From positions 1 through 43,012 of the forward strand of contig JBBRHK010000001.1 of assembly GCA_038222815.1 (NCBI GenBank): a stretch of 43,012 nucleotides of DNA. The letters run 5' to 3'. This DNA is from Chitinophagales bacterium (GTDB lineage: Bacteria; Bacteroidota; Bacteroidia; Chitinophagales; Chitinophagaceae). The position numbers and the translations under genes are program-made. Each line of letters starts with the position of its first letter. The first letter of the stretch is position 1. Under the pieces are notes generated by a model that was not told the DNA's origin, searched no databases, and saw only the letters and a program-made list of their open reading frames with translations. Positions 19,461-29,346 of the stretch are shown piece after piece.

Positions 19461-22148
19461 TTGCTCAATAGCACCCGTGTATCAAGAAATCAATGTTACA
19501 TTTGGTTATTGAGATACTCCATTGCCATAATTCTTTTTCTTTTTTTACCCGTGCAAATTTTTGCGCAACAAACCCTGTTTGTAAAAGACTTAAAGAATTA
19601 TCCAGTTACTACACCTTTCTATGCAAAAAGTATTGCAAAAGATAAGTTTGAAAGTTATTGGATGCTTAGCGACAATAAGCTTATAAAATTTAATAAGGCT
19701 GGTACAACAGATTTTACCTCTACCTATAAATTAAAATTAGACAATGCTTCATTTATCAGCACTACCAATGCTGATGAGCTACTCATATTCTACAAGGGCC
19801 AAAAGGAATATACCAAAATCGACTTTATAAAAAATAGCGCCGCTCAAAAAACATTCTCAGTAGCTATAGACAGTATTGTACACGACTCTAAATCTATTTA
19901 TATCTTTTCCCAAGATAGATACTTCGACTTTTTTACGGAGAATGAAATACCTGCTTCTGCCATTACCCCTCCAAAATATTATTACAACAAAAACAACATT
20001 TATGTGACCGCTGGCGGGAGATTAATTGATAGTATTCACCACGTATTTTATCACGGTGGAATAACTACTCTTCAGACAAATCTTACTTGGTTTGAAATAA
20101 GTGAGCCCATTAATGACAATATCTCTTATTACAGCGATAAAAGGTTACCATCATTTTATCCTACCTCTTGTTATCCTTTTGACAAAAAAATATTTTTCGC
20201 TTTTGAAAAAGTTAGTGATCTATTTGTAAAAGAAGAGGATGCGCTTATTAATGTTTTGACTCTGCCTATAAACAAAAGTATCTACCCAAAACTTTCTAAA
20301 GAAAACATATTACATACCATACGACTAGATGGAAAACGGCTACTGCTTTTAACCAAAAGCAGCTTGCTGTATACTATGGATGCTTCCACTTACGCCATTC
20401 AACCATATGAGCCACTCAACAAACTGCGGCTCAAGTTTCAAAATATAGCAGAAGGTAGCGATGGTAAGGTTTTTCTTGGTACTACTAGCGGAGACGTTGT
20501 GATACACAAAGCAATCACCACAGATACAAGGCTTATAAAAGCTACTGCAGACAATCACTTGTCAGAAGTATATAGGCTTTATGAAGATAAAAATAAGATA
20601 CTTTGGATAGGAATGATAAAAGGGCTTGCCGCATATAACACAACCACCGATGAATTATTTTCTCAGCATCTGAGTAGTACTATTTTTGATAAGGAACAGG
20701 CTAGTGCGGTGGGCTTAGATAATAAAAATAGATTTTGGTGGGGTGATTATGGCTCCATTTTAAAATTCTGTGATTATAATAAATTATATGGAAATATACT
20801 AGCGAGAAAACGTAATATATTCGAAAACATAAGCTTCACTAATTTTAATGAAAGTCACCGTTTTCCATCTTTTATTATCAGACAAATTAATATTGCAGAT
20901 AATAAAATAGTTGTGCGGTCAAAAGAAGGCTTAGCTATTATAGATGATAAGGATCTTAGTTATCACTATGTTACTTTCAATAATGGCTTGGCAGAGCCTA
21001 TCTACAGCCAGTATAATCACATACTCGATAATAAATATATTACAGGTGTAGAAGGAGGCTACGCACTTGTAAATATAGAAAGTAGAAGTCCTTCATCGTT
21101 CCCCGGTAAGATATCATTTGACGAGATTTATTTCGGCGAAAAACTAAGCACAAATAATTATCAATTAGCCTTAGAAAAGACTATAAAAACCACCGTTGAC
21201 AATCCCTTTATTACTATTAAATTAGCCAACTATTTTCAAAATAGTTTTGAAGATATTTATTGGTACAAAGTAGATAATGGGCCTTGGATAAAAGCCCCAG
21301 AAAATCTGGCCACGATCAGCACAAATAAAGCAGGTGTCTATAAGTTATCTTTAAAAAATAGCTCCTCCTCGTATCATAATACAGCCAATCAAACTCAAGA
21401 AATAACGATTCTTGTAAAGACACCCTGGTATGAATCGTTTTGGTTTTACGGTCTCGTTTTTTTGGCAACAGCTGCATTCGGTTACTATTTTTACAGATTG
21501 CTTGAGAGTGAAAAAAGAAATAAGGCAAAGGCAAAACAATTTGAAATGGTAAGTCTACGAAGCCAAATGAATCCCCACTTTATTTCTAATAGCTTAAACT
21601 CTATTAATCTTTATGTATTGGAAAACAAGTCTGAGGAAGCAAGTTCTTACATCGTAAAGTTTTCAAAACTTATCAGAAGAATACTAAACTATAGTGAGCA
21701 AGAGTTTATAAGCATCCATGACGAAATACAAATGGTAGAAAACTATTTGGATATGGAAAAACTAAGGTTTAAAGATAAATTTACTTATGCAGTTGAGTAT
21801 ATAGAACCAGTAAACAAGGAGTATAAAATTCCGTCTTTGATTGTACAACCCATTGTTGAAAATGCCTTGTGGCATGGACTTTTACAAAATAGCAGCCAGG
21901 GGCATTTACTTATTAAAATTGTACAACAAGCAGAAGCGGTTACCATTATTGTAGAAGATAATGGCATTGGTAGAAAAGCCTCGGCAGCGCTAAAATCTAA
22001 AATGAGTACTAAGCAAAAATCTTTTGGGATCAATATTATTAAAAAGCGATTTGAGTTAATAAATGAGCAGAGTAAAAAAGATTATAAGATATCTGTAGCA
22101 GATAAAAATACTGACGGTACAGGTACTGTTGTTACTTTAAATGTGTAA
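19461..22148 (+). CDS. LytS/YehU-type sensor histidine kinase with large periplasmic domain (start uncertain)
   Basis: PWYESFWF TM; LRSQMNPHFISNSLNSI; QPIVENALWHGL; EDNGIG. Confidence 0.93.
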   Translation: MLNSTRVSRNQCYIWLLRYSIAIILFLFLPVQIFAQQTLFVKDLKNYPVTTPFYAKSIAKDKFESYWMLSDNKLIKFNKAGTTDFTSTYKLKLDNASFISTTNADELLIFYKGQKEYTKIDFIKNSAAQKTFSVAIDSIVHDSKSIYIFSQDRYFDFFTENEIPASAITPPKYYYNKNNIYVTAGGRLIDSIHHVFYHGGITTLQTNLTWFEISEPINDNISYYSDKRLPSFYPTSCYPFDKKIFFAFEKVSDLFVKEEDALINVLTLPINKSIYPKLSKENILHTIRLDGKRLLLLTKSSLLYTMDASTYAIQPYEPLNKLRLKFQNIAEGSDGKVFLGTTSGDVVIHKAITTDTRLIKATADNHLSEVYRLYEDKNKILWIGMIKGLAAYNTTTDELFSQHLSSTIFDKEQASAVGLDNKNRFWWGDYGSILKFCDYNKLYGNILARKRNIFENISFTNFNESHRFPSFIIRQINIADNKIVVRSKEGLAIIDDKDLSYHYVTFNNGLAEPIYSQYNHILDNKYITGVEGGYALVNIESRSPSSFPGKISFDEIYFGEKLSTNNYQLALEKTIKTTVDNPFITIKLANYFQNSFEDIYWYKVDNGPWIKAPENLATISTNKAGVYKLSLKNSSSSYHNTANQTQEITILVKTPWYESFWFYGLVFLATAAFGYYFYRLLESEKRNKAKAKQFEMVSLRSQMNPHFISNSLNSINLYVLENKSEEASSYIVKFSKLIRRILNYSEQEFISIHDEIQMVENYLDMEKLRFKDKFTYAVEYIEPVNKEYKIPSLIVQPIVENALWHGLLQNSSQGHLLIKIVQQAEAVTIIVEDNGIGRKASAALKSKMSTKQKSFGINIIKKRFELINEQSKKDYKISVADKNTDGTGTVVTLNV

Positions 22149-22876
22149 TGATGAAAGAAAAATTAAGCGCCGTAATTATAGATGATGAAGAAGACGGCAG
22201 GAAAATAATGAGCTTATTATTAGAGCGGTATTGTCCTACAATACAGGTAGCTGCTGTAATTGGAGATGGTGTGGAGGCTTTTGAATATTTACAACAGCAT
22301 AATCCAGATATAGTATTCTTAGATATCGAAATGCCTAGGCTTAGTGGCTTTGACTTATTAAAACAACTTGGAAATTTTACGTTCAAAGTAATTTTCGTTA
22401 CCGCTTATGACAGGTATATGTTGCACGCTATAAAAGTAGCAGCCTTTGATTATTTAATAAAACCAGTATATAAAGATGAGCTAGTGAGTAGTGTAGAAAG
22501 GTTACAGAGCTTGGATGTACAAGAACAAGAATACAGCTTAAATACTGTAGGCAATAAACTGATTGTACCCATAGGAAATGGCTATGAGTTTTTAGACATA
22601 GAGGAAATTATAAGGTGCGAAAGCAGCGACAACTATTGTTTCATATTTATGAATGATGGCAGAAAACTTCATATCAGTAAAACTTTAAAATACATTGAGG
22701 AATTACTTCCCACAGAGCAGTTTCTTAGAATACATAGTAAGTACTTGATTAAAATAAGTGCTATCAAAAAGTATATACGATCCGATGGCGGATTTTTTGA
22801 GCTTATAGATAACAGCACACATCCCATCTCCAGAAATAAAAAAGATGAAGTCTTAAAAAAACTTGGGCTGAGGTAA
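22148..22876 (+). CDS. LytTR-family response regulator
   Basis: IIDDE, FLDIEMP, VTAYD, YLIKP; LytTR FLRIHSKYLI. Overlaps the kinase stop codon. Confidence 0.96.
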   Translation: MMKEKLSAVIIDDEEDGRKIMSLLLERYCPTIQVAAVIGDGVEAFEYLQQHNPDIVFLDIEMPRLSGFDLLKQLGNFTFKVIFVTAYDRYMLHAIKVAAFDYLIKPVYKDELVSSVERLQSLDVQEQEYSLNTVGNKLIVPIGNGYEFLDIEEIIRCESSDNYCFIFMNDGRKLHISKTLKYIEELLPTEQFLRIHSKYLIKISAIKKYIRSDGGFFELIDNSTHPISRNKKDEVLKKLGLR

Positions 22877-22988
22877 ATATTACATATTTAATTAGTGTTA
22901 TACTTTTTCAAATAGGCAGTTTACTCATTTCGTAAAGCAGGTACAGCGAAAGCTAAATACTTTCAATGTATTAAACAATCATTGCTTT

Positions 22989-25523
22989 ATGAAACATCTT
23001 TTCTTTGTTACGCTTTTATTTATTTCCTATACCCTTAGCGCACAAAGCGTCGGGGTAAATAATACAGGTGCTTTACCAAATAACAGTGCCATCTTAGACA
23101 TCAGTGCTGATAACAAAGGCTTGTTAGTACCAAGGGTATTTCTCGGTGGCACCACAGATGCTGTAACAATCCTGAGTCCTGCTACCTCACTCATAGTTTA
23201 TAATATGACCAGCTTAATAGTCGGCGGACTTACTGGTACAGGTCTTTACATCAACAAGGGAACAGCTGTAGCACCTGATTGGAAAAAAATACAAGATGGG
23301 CCCATTGCAAATGGATGGTCGCTTACTGGTAATGCTGGTACAGATAGTGCTACAAACTTTTTGGGGACTACGGATAATAAGCCATTAATGTTTAGGGTAA
23401 ATAATAAGAACGTTGGACGAATAGGAACCGATGGGGTTATTGCATTAGGAAAAGCTGCACTTGCAAATAATTATTACAGCGGTAAAAATATTGGCATTGG
23501 CGATTCTGCACTAAATAAAAACATTGGAGGAGAAGACAATATCGCCTTAGGTAGGCAGGCTTTAAAAAGCAATTTTGGGGATGCCAACGTTGCTGTAGGA
23601 AATGATGCGCTCATCAACAATGGTCTTGGGTACGGTAATGTCGCAATGGGAACTTTAGCCGCATCAAGTAACAAAAATGGTAGTCAAAATGTAGCTATTG
23701 GTAACTACGCTTCTTCTCTTAATCAAACTGGCAATGCAAATGTCGCGGTTGGAGCTTTTGCCTTGCGTGCTAATACCGCAAGTAGCAATGTTGGCGTTGG
23801 CTTCACCGCTCTTTATAACAACAGTTCGGGAACAAAAAACATCGGAGTAGGGTCCAGGAGTTTACTAAATAACACGACTGGCAGCAATAATATTGCATTA
23901 GGGGATTCTGCACTGTATGAAAATATTTCTGGTAGAGAAAATGTGGCTATCGGAGTAGATGCATTAAAGAACAATGATAATGACAACAATATTGCTGTAG
24001 GTAACAGCTCAATGAGAAGTAATACTGGTTTTGGTAATATAGGATTGGGCTCAAGTGTACTTTCATTTAATACAGGAAATTCCAATATTGGCATTGGCGG
24101 CTCTGCTTTAGCTAATAATATCGGCTTTGGAAATATTGCAATGGGTTCAAGTTCACTCCTTTTCAATAGAGGAGATAAAAACTTGGCCTTTGGTATAAAT
24201 TCGCTCCGTAGTAATAATCTTGGTAACCGAAATATTGCGGTAGGAAGCGAGGCGCTAAGGAATAACACAAATGCTAGCCTCTCAATAGCAATAGGCGATT
24301 CTGCCTTATTCTCAAATCAAACAGGTTCTAACAATATTGCTATTGGAGTAAATACCCTTAGGAAAAATACAGTTGCTGATAATATAGCGATTGGCGCTTC
24401 ATCTCTATATAATAATACTACTGGTGCTGGGAATCTTGCTCTAGGTAAAAGCGCCCTAGTGGCAAATGTCTCAGGAGAAGAAAATATTGCTGTAGGCAAT
24501 AATGCTTTATTTAAAAATGTATCTGGTGCATTCAATATCGCAATAGGAGCAAGTTCCCTATATAGTAATAATGGACGAGAAAATATAGGTTTAGGATGGG
24601 CAACTTTAAATAGTAATACCCTAGGCGTTGAAAATGTAGCTATAGGTTATCTAGCAATGCAGTTAAACGAAACTGGTGATAATAACATAGCAATCGGAAA
24701 ACGAGCATTATACAAAGCAACGAGTAGCAATCAAAATATTGCAATCGGTAAAGATGCTCTTTTCCAAAACTTGACAGGAAATGGAAATGTTGCCGTGGGA
24801 AATTTTGCAAATTATAGAAATGAAACCGGTGATTTTAATACAGTAGTGGGCAACTCTGCAATGGCTGAAACAGGCACGGGCACCGATGTGGTGGCCAACA
24901 CTGTAATCGGCTATAGAGCTGGTTATGGTTTGCGTGCTTATGGAAATGTGCTCATCGGAGAAAAAACAGGGGAGAAACTCAGTACCGGTTATGACAACGT
25001 GTGGGTAGGAAAACTCATTGGAAGCACTGGCACCAACCTGTCCTTTTTTAATACTGTAGCTGTTGGTGCAAACGTAACCTCTATCACCGCCAATAACCAA
25101 GCAAGAATAGGCAATGCATTTATGGGCTCCATCGGGGGTCAGGTAAGCTGGAGCACGCTTAGCGATGGTCGATATAAAACAAATGTAAAAGAAGATGTGC
25201 CTGGTCTTGAATTTATCAAAAAACTTCGCCCTGTTTCCTTCACTTACACCAATGCTGCACAAGATGAAAATGCGAGCAAAGAAGAAATAGATATCGCTAC
25301 TAAAGCAATACACACAGGCTTCATTGCGCAGGAGGTAGATAAAGCTGCAACTGACCTCAACTTTAAATTTAGCGGTGTAGATAAGCCAGCCAATGCTGAT
25401 GCAGCCTACAGTTTACGCTACGCAGAATTTGTAGTACCGCTCATAAAAGCAATGCAAGAACAGCAAGCTTTAATAGAAAAATTGACAGAACGAGTGAAAC
25501 AACTCGAGCAACAAAAACAATAA
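22989..25523 (+). CDS. Exported trimeric adhesin/fibre-like protein with YadA-head-like repeats and C-terminal peptidase S74 intramolecular chaperone
   Basis: Signal peptide; many ~14-aa NxAxGxxALxxN repeats; SDGRYK...LRPVSF...GFIAQEV...LIKAMQEQQ. Confidence 0.9.
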   Translation: MKHLFFVTLLFISYTLSAQSVGVNNTGALPNNSAILDISADNKGLLVPRVFLGGTTDAVTILSPATSLIVYNMTSLIVGGLTGTGLYINKGTAVAPDWKKIQDGPIANGWSLTGNAGTDSATNFLGTTDNKPLMFRVNNKNVGRIGTDGVIALGKAALANNYYSGKNIGIGDSALNKNIGGEDNIALGRQALKSNFGDANVAVGNDALINNGLGYGNVAMGTLAASSNKNGSQNVAIGNYASSLNQTGNANVAVGAFALRANTASSNVGVGFTALYNNSSGTKNIGVGSRSLLNNTTGSNNIALGDSALYENISGRENVAIGVDALKNNDNDNNIAVGNSSMRSNTGFGNIGLGSSVLSFNTGNSNIGIGGSALANNIGFGNIAMGSSSLLFNRGDKNLAFGINSLRSNNLGNRNIAVGSEALRNNTNASLSIAIGDSALFSNQTGSNNIAIGVNTLRKNTVADNIAIGASSLYNNTTGAGNLALGKSALVANVSGEENIAVGNNALFKNVSGAFNIAIGASSLYSNNGRENIGLGWATLNSNTLGVENVAIGYLAMQLNETGDNNIAIGKRALYKATSSNQNIAIGKDALFQNLTGNGNVAVGNFANYRNETGDFNTVVGNSAMAETGTGTDVVANTVIGYRAGYGLRAYGNVLIGEKTGEKLSTGYDNVWVGKLIGSTGTNLSFFNTVAVGANVTSITANNQARIGNAFMGSIGGQVSWSTLSDGRYKTNVKEDVPGLEFIKKLRPVSFTYTNAAQDENASKEEIDIATKAIHTGFIAQEVDKAATDLNFKFSGVDKPANADAAYSLRYAEFVVPLIKAMQEQQALIEKLTERVKQLEQQKQ

Positions 25524-25555
25524 TAAACAACCGCAGAAAAATTAAAAACAAAAAT

Positions 25556-26896
25556 ATGAAAGCAATCATTTTATTAATTTGTCTTGCATTTGGAATGAGC
25601 AACATCAACGCTCAAATCATTAAACCAAAAGTAATTGCAAAGAACAAGGCTGAAAGCAGAGCCAATAACAAAGTAGATAATACTGTAGATAAAGGTTTAG
25701 ATAAAGTAGAAGAGGGAATCGGAAATATCTTTAAGAAAAAAGATAAAAAATCTAAAACCACAGATGCTGATAATACTTCAAGCGGCGAATCATTAGGAAG
25801 TAAAGGAGCAACTGGCAACAATGGTTCGTCTAACGGAATGACTAAAACAGCTCCTTTATCAGTTTATTCTAAATTCGATTTTATACCTGGCGAAAAAATA
25901 ATAGCTTACGAAGATTTCTCTAATGTAAGTCTTGGAGATTTTCCTACAGGCTGGAATACTAACTCTAGCGCAGAAGTTGTTAAGCTTGATGGCTCTGCAT
26001 CCAATTGGCTATTTATGAGTAAGGACGGCTATTTTCAGCCAGAAGCGGTAAAAGATTTACCTGTAAATTTTACTTTAGAGTTTGACGTTTTTACAAGATA
26101 TAGAAGTAATAATATTTTGAATTATCAATTGATCTTTATGCCTTCTACAAATGCGAGAAAGGATGTATCGGAAGAATATCCGAGTGATTATATTCAATTT
26201 AGATGGCTTGCTGGTGAGGGTTCTGCAAGATATTACGTGGTAGAAAAAGGAGAAACCGTTTCGCAGAATGAAGGTTTGTCGGTGAAAAGTCTGGAGGCTA
26301 AAGATCTGGAAAAAACAGACCCCGTTTTTGCCAGAGTGTCTATTTGGAGACAAAACGGAAGGTTAAGGCTTTATGTAAATCAAGATAAAATATTAGATAT
26401 ACCACAGGCTTTCGATCCGAAGCAGAAATACAATATGTTCAAATTTGGAACACAGTATATGAACTACTCAACGAATGATAACAAAGACGAATTTATGGTC
26501 GCCAATGTTCGTTACGCAGTAGGTGCGCCAGATACAAGAAGTAAATTAATAACAGAAGGGAAATTAGTGACGACAGGAATTTTATTTAAAGTAAATGAAT
26601 CTTCCATCTTGCCTAACTCTTATGGCACGCTAAAAGAAATAGCCACCGTACTAAAAGACAACCCAACTGTAAAAGTAAATATCGTAGGCCATACAGATAG
26701 TGATGGAGATGCTACTGCAAATCTTAGTCTTTCCAAAGAAAGAGCACAAGCTGTAAAAGATGCATTGCAAAAAGATTTTGGCATTGACGGTAGTCGGATG
26801 CAGACGGATGGTAAAGGCGCCGCTGTACCTGTTGCGAGCAATAGCACTAGCGTGGGAAAAGCAAGTAACAGAAGGGTAGAAATTATTAAGATGTAG
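25556..26896 (+). CDS. OmpA-family protein with central beta-sandwich domain
   Basis: Signal peptide; KFDFIPGEK...GDFPTGW; C-terminal GHTDSDG...NLSLSKERA...NRRVEI. Confidence 0.92.
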   Translation: MKAIILLICLAFGMSNINAQIIKPKVIAKNKAESRANNKVDNTVDKGLDKVEEGIGNIFKKKDKKSKTTDADNTSSGESLGSKGATGNNGSSNGMTKTAPLSVYSKFDFIPGEKIIAYEDFSNVSLGDFPTGWNTNSSAEVVKLDGSASNWLFMSKDGYFQPEAVKDLPVNFTLEFDVFTRYRSNNILNYQLIFMPSTNARKDVSEEYPSDYIQFRWLAGEGSARYYVVEKGETVSQNEGLSVKSLEAKDLEKTDPVFARVSIWRQNGRLRLYVNQDKILDIPQAFDPKQKYNMFKFGTQYMNYSTNDNKDEFMVANVRYAVGAPDTRSKLITEGKLVTTGILFKVNESSILPNSYGTLKEIATVLKDNPTVKVNIVGHTDSDGDATANLSLSKERAQAVKDALQKDFGIDGSRMQTDGKGAAVPVASNSTSVGKASNRRVEIIKM

Positions 26897-26924
26897 TTTG
26901 GGTAGAAGTGGAATTCTAAAGTAC

Positions 26925-26960
26925 GATAGCCGTTTACTGAGGAGTAACGGCTATCATTTT
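26925..26960 (+). terminator. Probable intrinsic terminator
   Basis: Stem gatagccgtt/aacggctatc followed by atttt, 28 nt after the stop. Confidence 0.7.
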
Positions 26961-27233
26961 GTTATATCCTAATCGACAATCTGAAGATTCTTATTGTGCG
27001 CATATCGTAATTTGTATAGGCCTCTTTTGAAACGATAGACAAATCGAAAAGTTGCGCTTATGGTCAATTTGCCATTGGGATTCGCATTACCAATGTTTCA
27101 TATTATACAAATACATCATCTACGTTGACAGGCTTTTAGAGAACAAATCTTACTTTGCTTTGTTTCTAGACTTATAATTCAAACCCTTTTAACTATCCCG
27201 GTGCTATAAACCTGTCCTCAAATAACAATTACC

Positions 27234-27241
27234 TAAATTTG
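27234..27241 (+). promoter_or_regulatory. Bacteroidota -7 element
   Basis: TAAATTTG, about 38 nt before the acyl-CoA dehydrogenase ATG. Confidence 0.6.
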
Positions 27242-27278
27242 CACCTCGATTATAAATTAACACCCCAAATTGCCAACT

Positions 27279-28418
27279 ATGAATTTTCAAGAAAACGAAC
27301 TTACAACGCAAGTAGCCGCTAGTGCTAGAGATTTTGCAGAACAATATATTCGCCCACATATTATGGAGTGGGATGAGCCACAACACTTTCCTGTAGAGAC
27401 TTTTAAGGAAATGGGAAAGCTAGGATTGATGGGTATGTTAGTGCCAGAAGAATACGGAGGATCTGGTTTTGGTTATTATGAATACAATGCCGCTATACAG
27501 GAAATATCAAAAGTGTGTGGCAGCGTAGGTCTTTCTATGGCGGCCCACAATAGTCTTTGTACGGGTCATATTCTTGCCTTTGGTACTGAGGAACAAAAGA
27601 AAAAATATTTGCCAAAGCTGGCAACAGCAGAACATATCGGTGCTTGGGGTCTTACTGAGCCCAATACAGGTAGTGATGCTGGTAATATGAAAACTACTGC
27701 TGTAAAAGATGGCGACAATTGGGTTATAAATGGAACGAAGAGCTGGATTACCCACGGTAAAAGTGGAGACATCGCAGTGGTAGTTTGCAGAACCGGTGAG
27801 CCTAGAGCAAAGAATAATTCTACTGCTTTCATTGTAGAAAGAGGTACTGCAGGATTTGCTGCTGGCAAAAAAGAAAATAAACTTGGAATGCGTGCGAGTG
27901 AAACCTGCGAAATGCTTTTCGATAATTGTATCATTTCTGATAGTCAAAGATTAGGAGAAGTAGGAAGTGGCTTTAAGCAAGCAATGAAAATATTAGATGG
28001 CGGCCGTATTTCTATTGCAGCATTATCATTGGGTATTGCAAGAGGTGCTTATGAAGCGGCGCTACAATATTCAAAAGAGAGAGAACAGTTTGACCAGCCT
28101 ATTTCTAATTTTCAGGGCATTGCATTTAAGCTAGCAGATATGGCTACAAAAATTGAATGTGCTGCATTGCTCATCAATCAGGCTTGCGATCTTAAAATGA
28201 AGGGCTTACCAATGACAAAAGAGGCTGCAATGGCAAAATATTATGCCAGCGAAATTTCTGTAGAAATAAGTACAGATGCGGTGCAGGTTTTCGGCGGTTA
28301 CGGTTATACGAAAGATTTCCCGGTTGAGAAGTTTTATAGGGATAGTAAGCTTTGTACAATTGGAGAAGGAACGAGTGAGATACAAAAATTGGTGATTAGC
28401 AGAGAAGTATTGAAATAA
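27279..28418 (+). CDS. Acyl-CoA dehydrogenase
   Basis: GLTEPNTGSDA, INGTKSWIT, KLGMRAS, REQFDQPI, QVFGGYGY, IGEGTSEIQ. Confidence 0.97.
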   Translation: MNFQENELTTQVAASARDFAEQYIRPHIMEWDEPQHFPVETFKEMGKLGLMGMLVPEEYGGSGFGYYEYNAAIQEISKVCGSVGLSMAAHNSLCTGHILAFGTEEQKKKYLPKLATAEHIGAWGLTEPNTGSDAGNMKTTAVKDGDNWVINGTKSWITHGKSGDIAVVVCRTGEPRAKNNSTAFIVERGTAGFAAGKKENKLGMRASETCEMLFDNCIISDSQRLGEVGSGFKQAMKILDGGRISIAALSLGIARGAYEAALQYSKEREQFDQPISNFQGIAFKLADMATKIECAALLINQACDLKMKGLPMTKEAAMAKYYASEISVEISTDAVQVFGGYGYTKDFPVEKFYRDSKLCTIGEGTSEIQKLVISREVLK

Positions 28419-28442
28419 AGTTCTAATTAGAAAATAATATAT

Positions 28443-28474
28443 GCCGCTTGATTTTATAATTGAGCGGCTTTTTT
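28443..28474 (+). terminator. Intrinsic terminator
   Basis: Stem gccgcttgatt/aattgagcggc followed by tttttt. Confidence 0.8.
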
Positions 28475-28505
28475 ATTTGTACGATTTTTGTTTTATTTTA
28501 AAACT

Positions 28506-29051
28506 ATGGAAAGTAAAATAGGTCTTGGCGGAAGCTGTCATTGGTGTACAGAAGCCATCTTTCAATCAGTGATTGGGGTGATGAAAGTAGAGCAGGGTTG
28601 GATTAGTTCCGAGAAAGGAAATGCAAGTTTCTCGGAAGCAGTAATTGTATATTTCGATGACTCTATAATGTCCTTGAATACATTAATTGAAATTCATCTT
28701 CACACGCACAGTTGTACTTCGAATCATTCTATGCGAAACAAATATCGCTCTGCTGTATATTATTTTGATGAAGATCAAAATCAAGAAGCAATTGAAATCA
28801 TTCAATCTTTTCAACCGCTTTTCTCCGATAAAATTATTACGCAGGTCTTACCATTCGTAGCGTTTAAGAAAAATCAAGATCAATTTTTAGACTATTATTA
28901 TTCCAATCCTGAAAAGCCTTTTTGTCAAAATATCATCAACCCTAAGTTGAAGATTTTATTACATCAATTTTCCTCAGAGGTAGACAAACAGAAGATTAAT
29001 GCAGAAACGTTTGAACTTGGAAAAGATTTAAACACGAAGGACACAAAGTAG
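28506..29051 (+). CDS. Divergent MsrA-like peptide methionine sulfoxide reductase
   Basis: GGSCHWCTEA variant of GGCFWxxE; EAVIV; YRSAVY; C-terminal KPFC. Start placed at ATG 28506. Confidence 0.8.
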   Translation: MESKIGLGGSCHWCTEAIFQSVIGVMKVEQGWISSEKGNASFSEAVIVYFDDSIMSLNTLIEIHLHTHSCTSNHSMRNKYRSAVYYFDEDQNQEAIEIIQSFQPLFSDKIITQVLPFVAFKKNQDQFLDYYYSNPEKPFCQNIINPKLKILLHQFSSEVDKQKINAETFELGKDLNTKDTK

Positions 29052-29247
29052 GAGTACTATAATGAAAAATATTTTTTTTCTCTATTTCTGTCTTCAGTTT
29101 ATAATACACGAAGGACACGGGATGGAGCAAGCTTTTCAAACCGCTATACTCTAAACTCCGTGTTCTCCGTGTCTTAAAATAATAGAATACTTTAGATTTA
29201 ATAAAAAGAATCAACTTTTTTGGCCTCTCCTCCGTGTTCTTAGTGTT
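29032..29247. repeat. Nested inverted repeats of an ACACGAAGGACAC-type unit (REP-like)
   Basis: Forward copies at 29032-29044 and 29106-29120; reverse copies at 29158-29172 and 29232-29247. Confidence 0.7.
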
Positions 29248-29346
29248 AAGAAAAAAACATTACGCCTTCACATCTACGGAGAGAGCTGCAATTAACTTAG
29301 AAACTTGCCCTCCATTCTCAAATCTTCGAACCGACAAATCAACAAA

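Noticed and set aside
23474-25313. Minus-strand ORFs inside the fibre gene; possible tandem DNA repeat or CRISPR
   Set aside because: The repetition is at protein level with diverged codons. There are no identical repeats with unique spacers.
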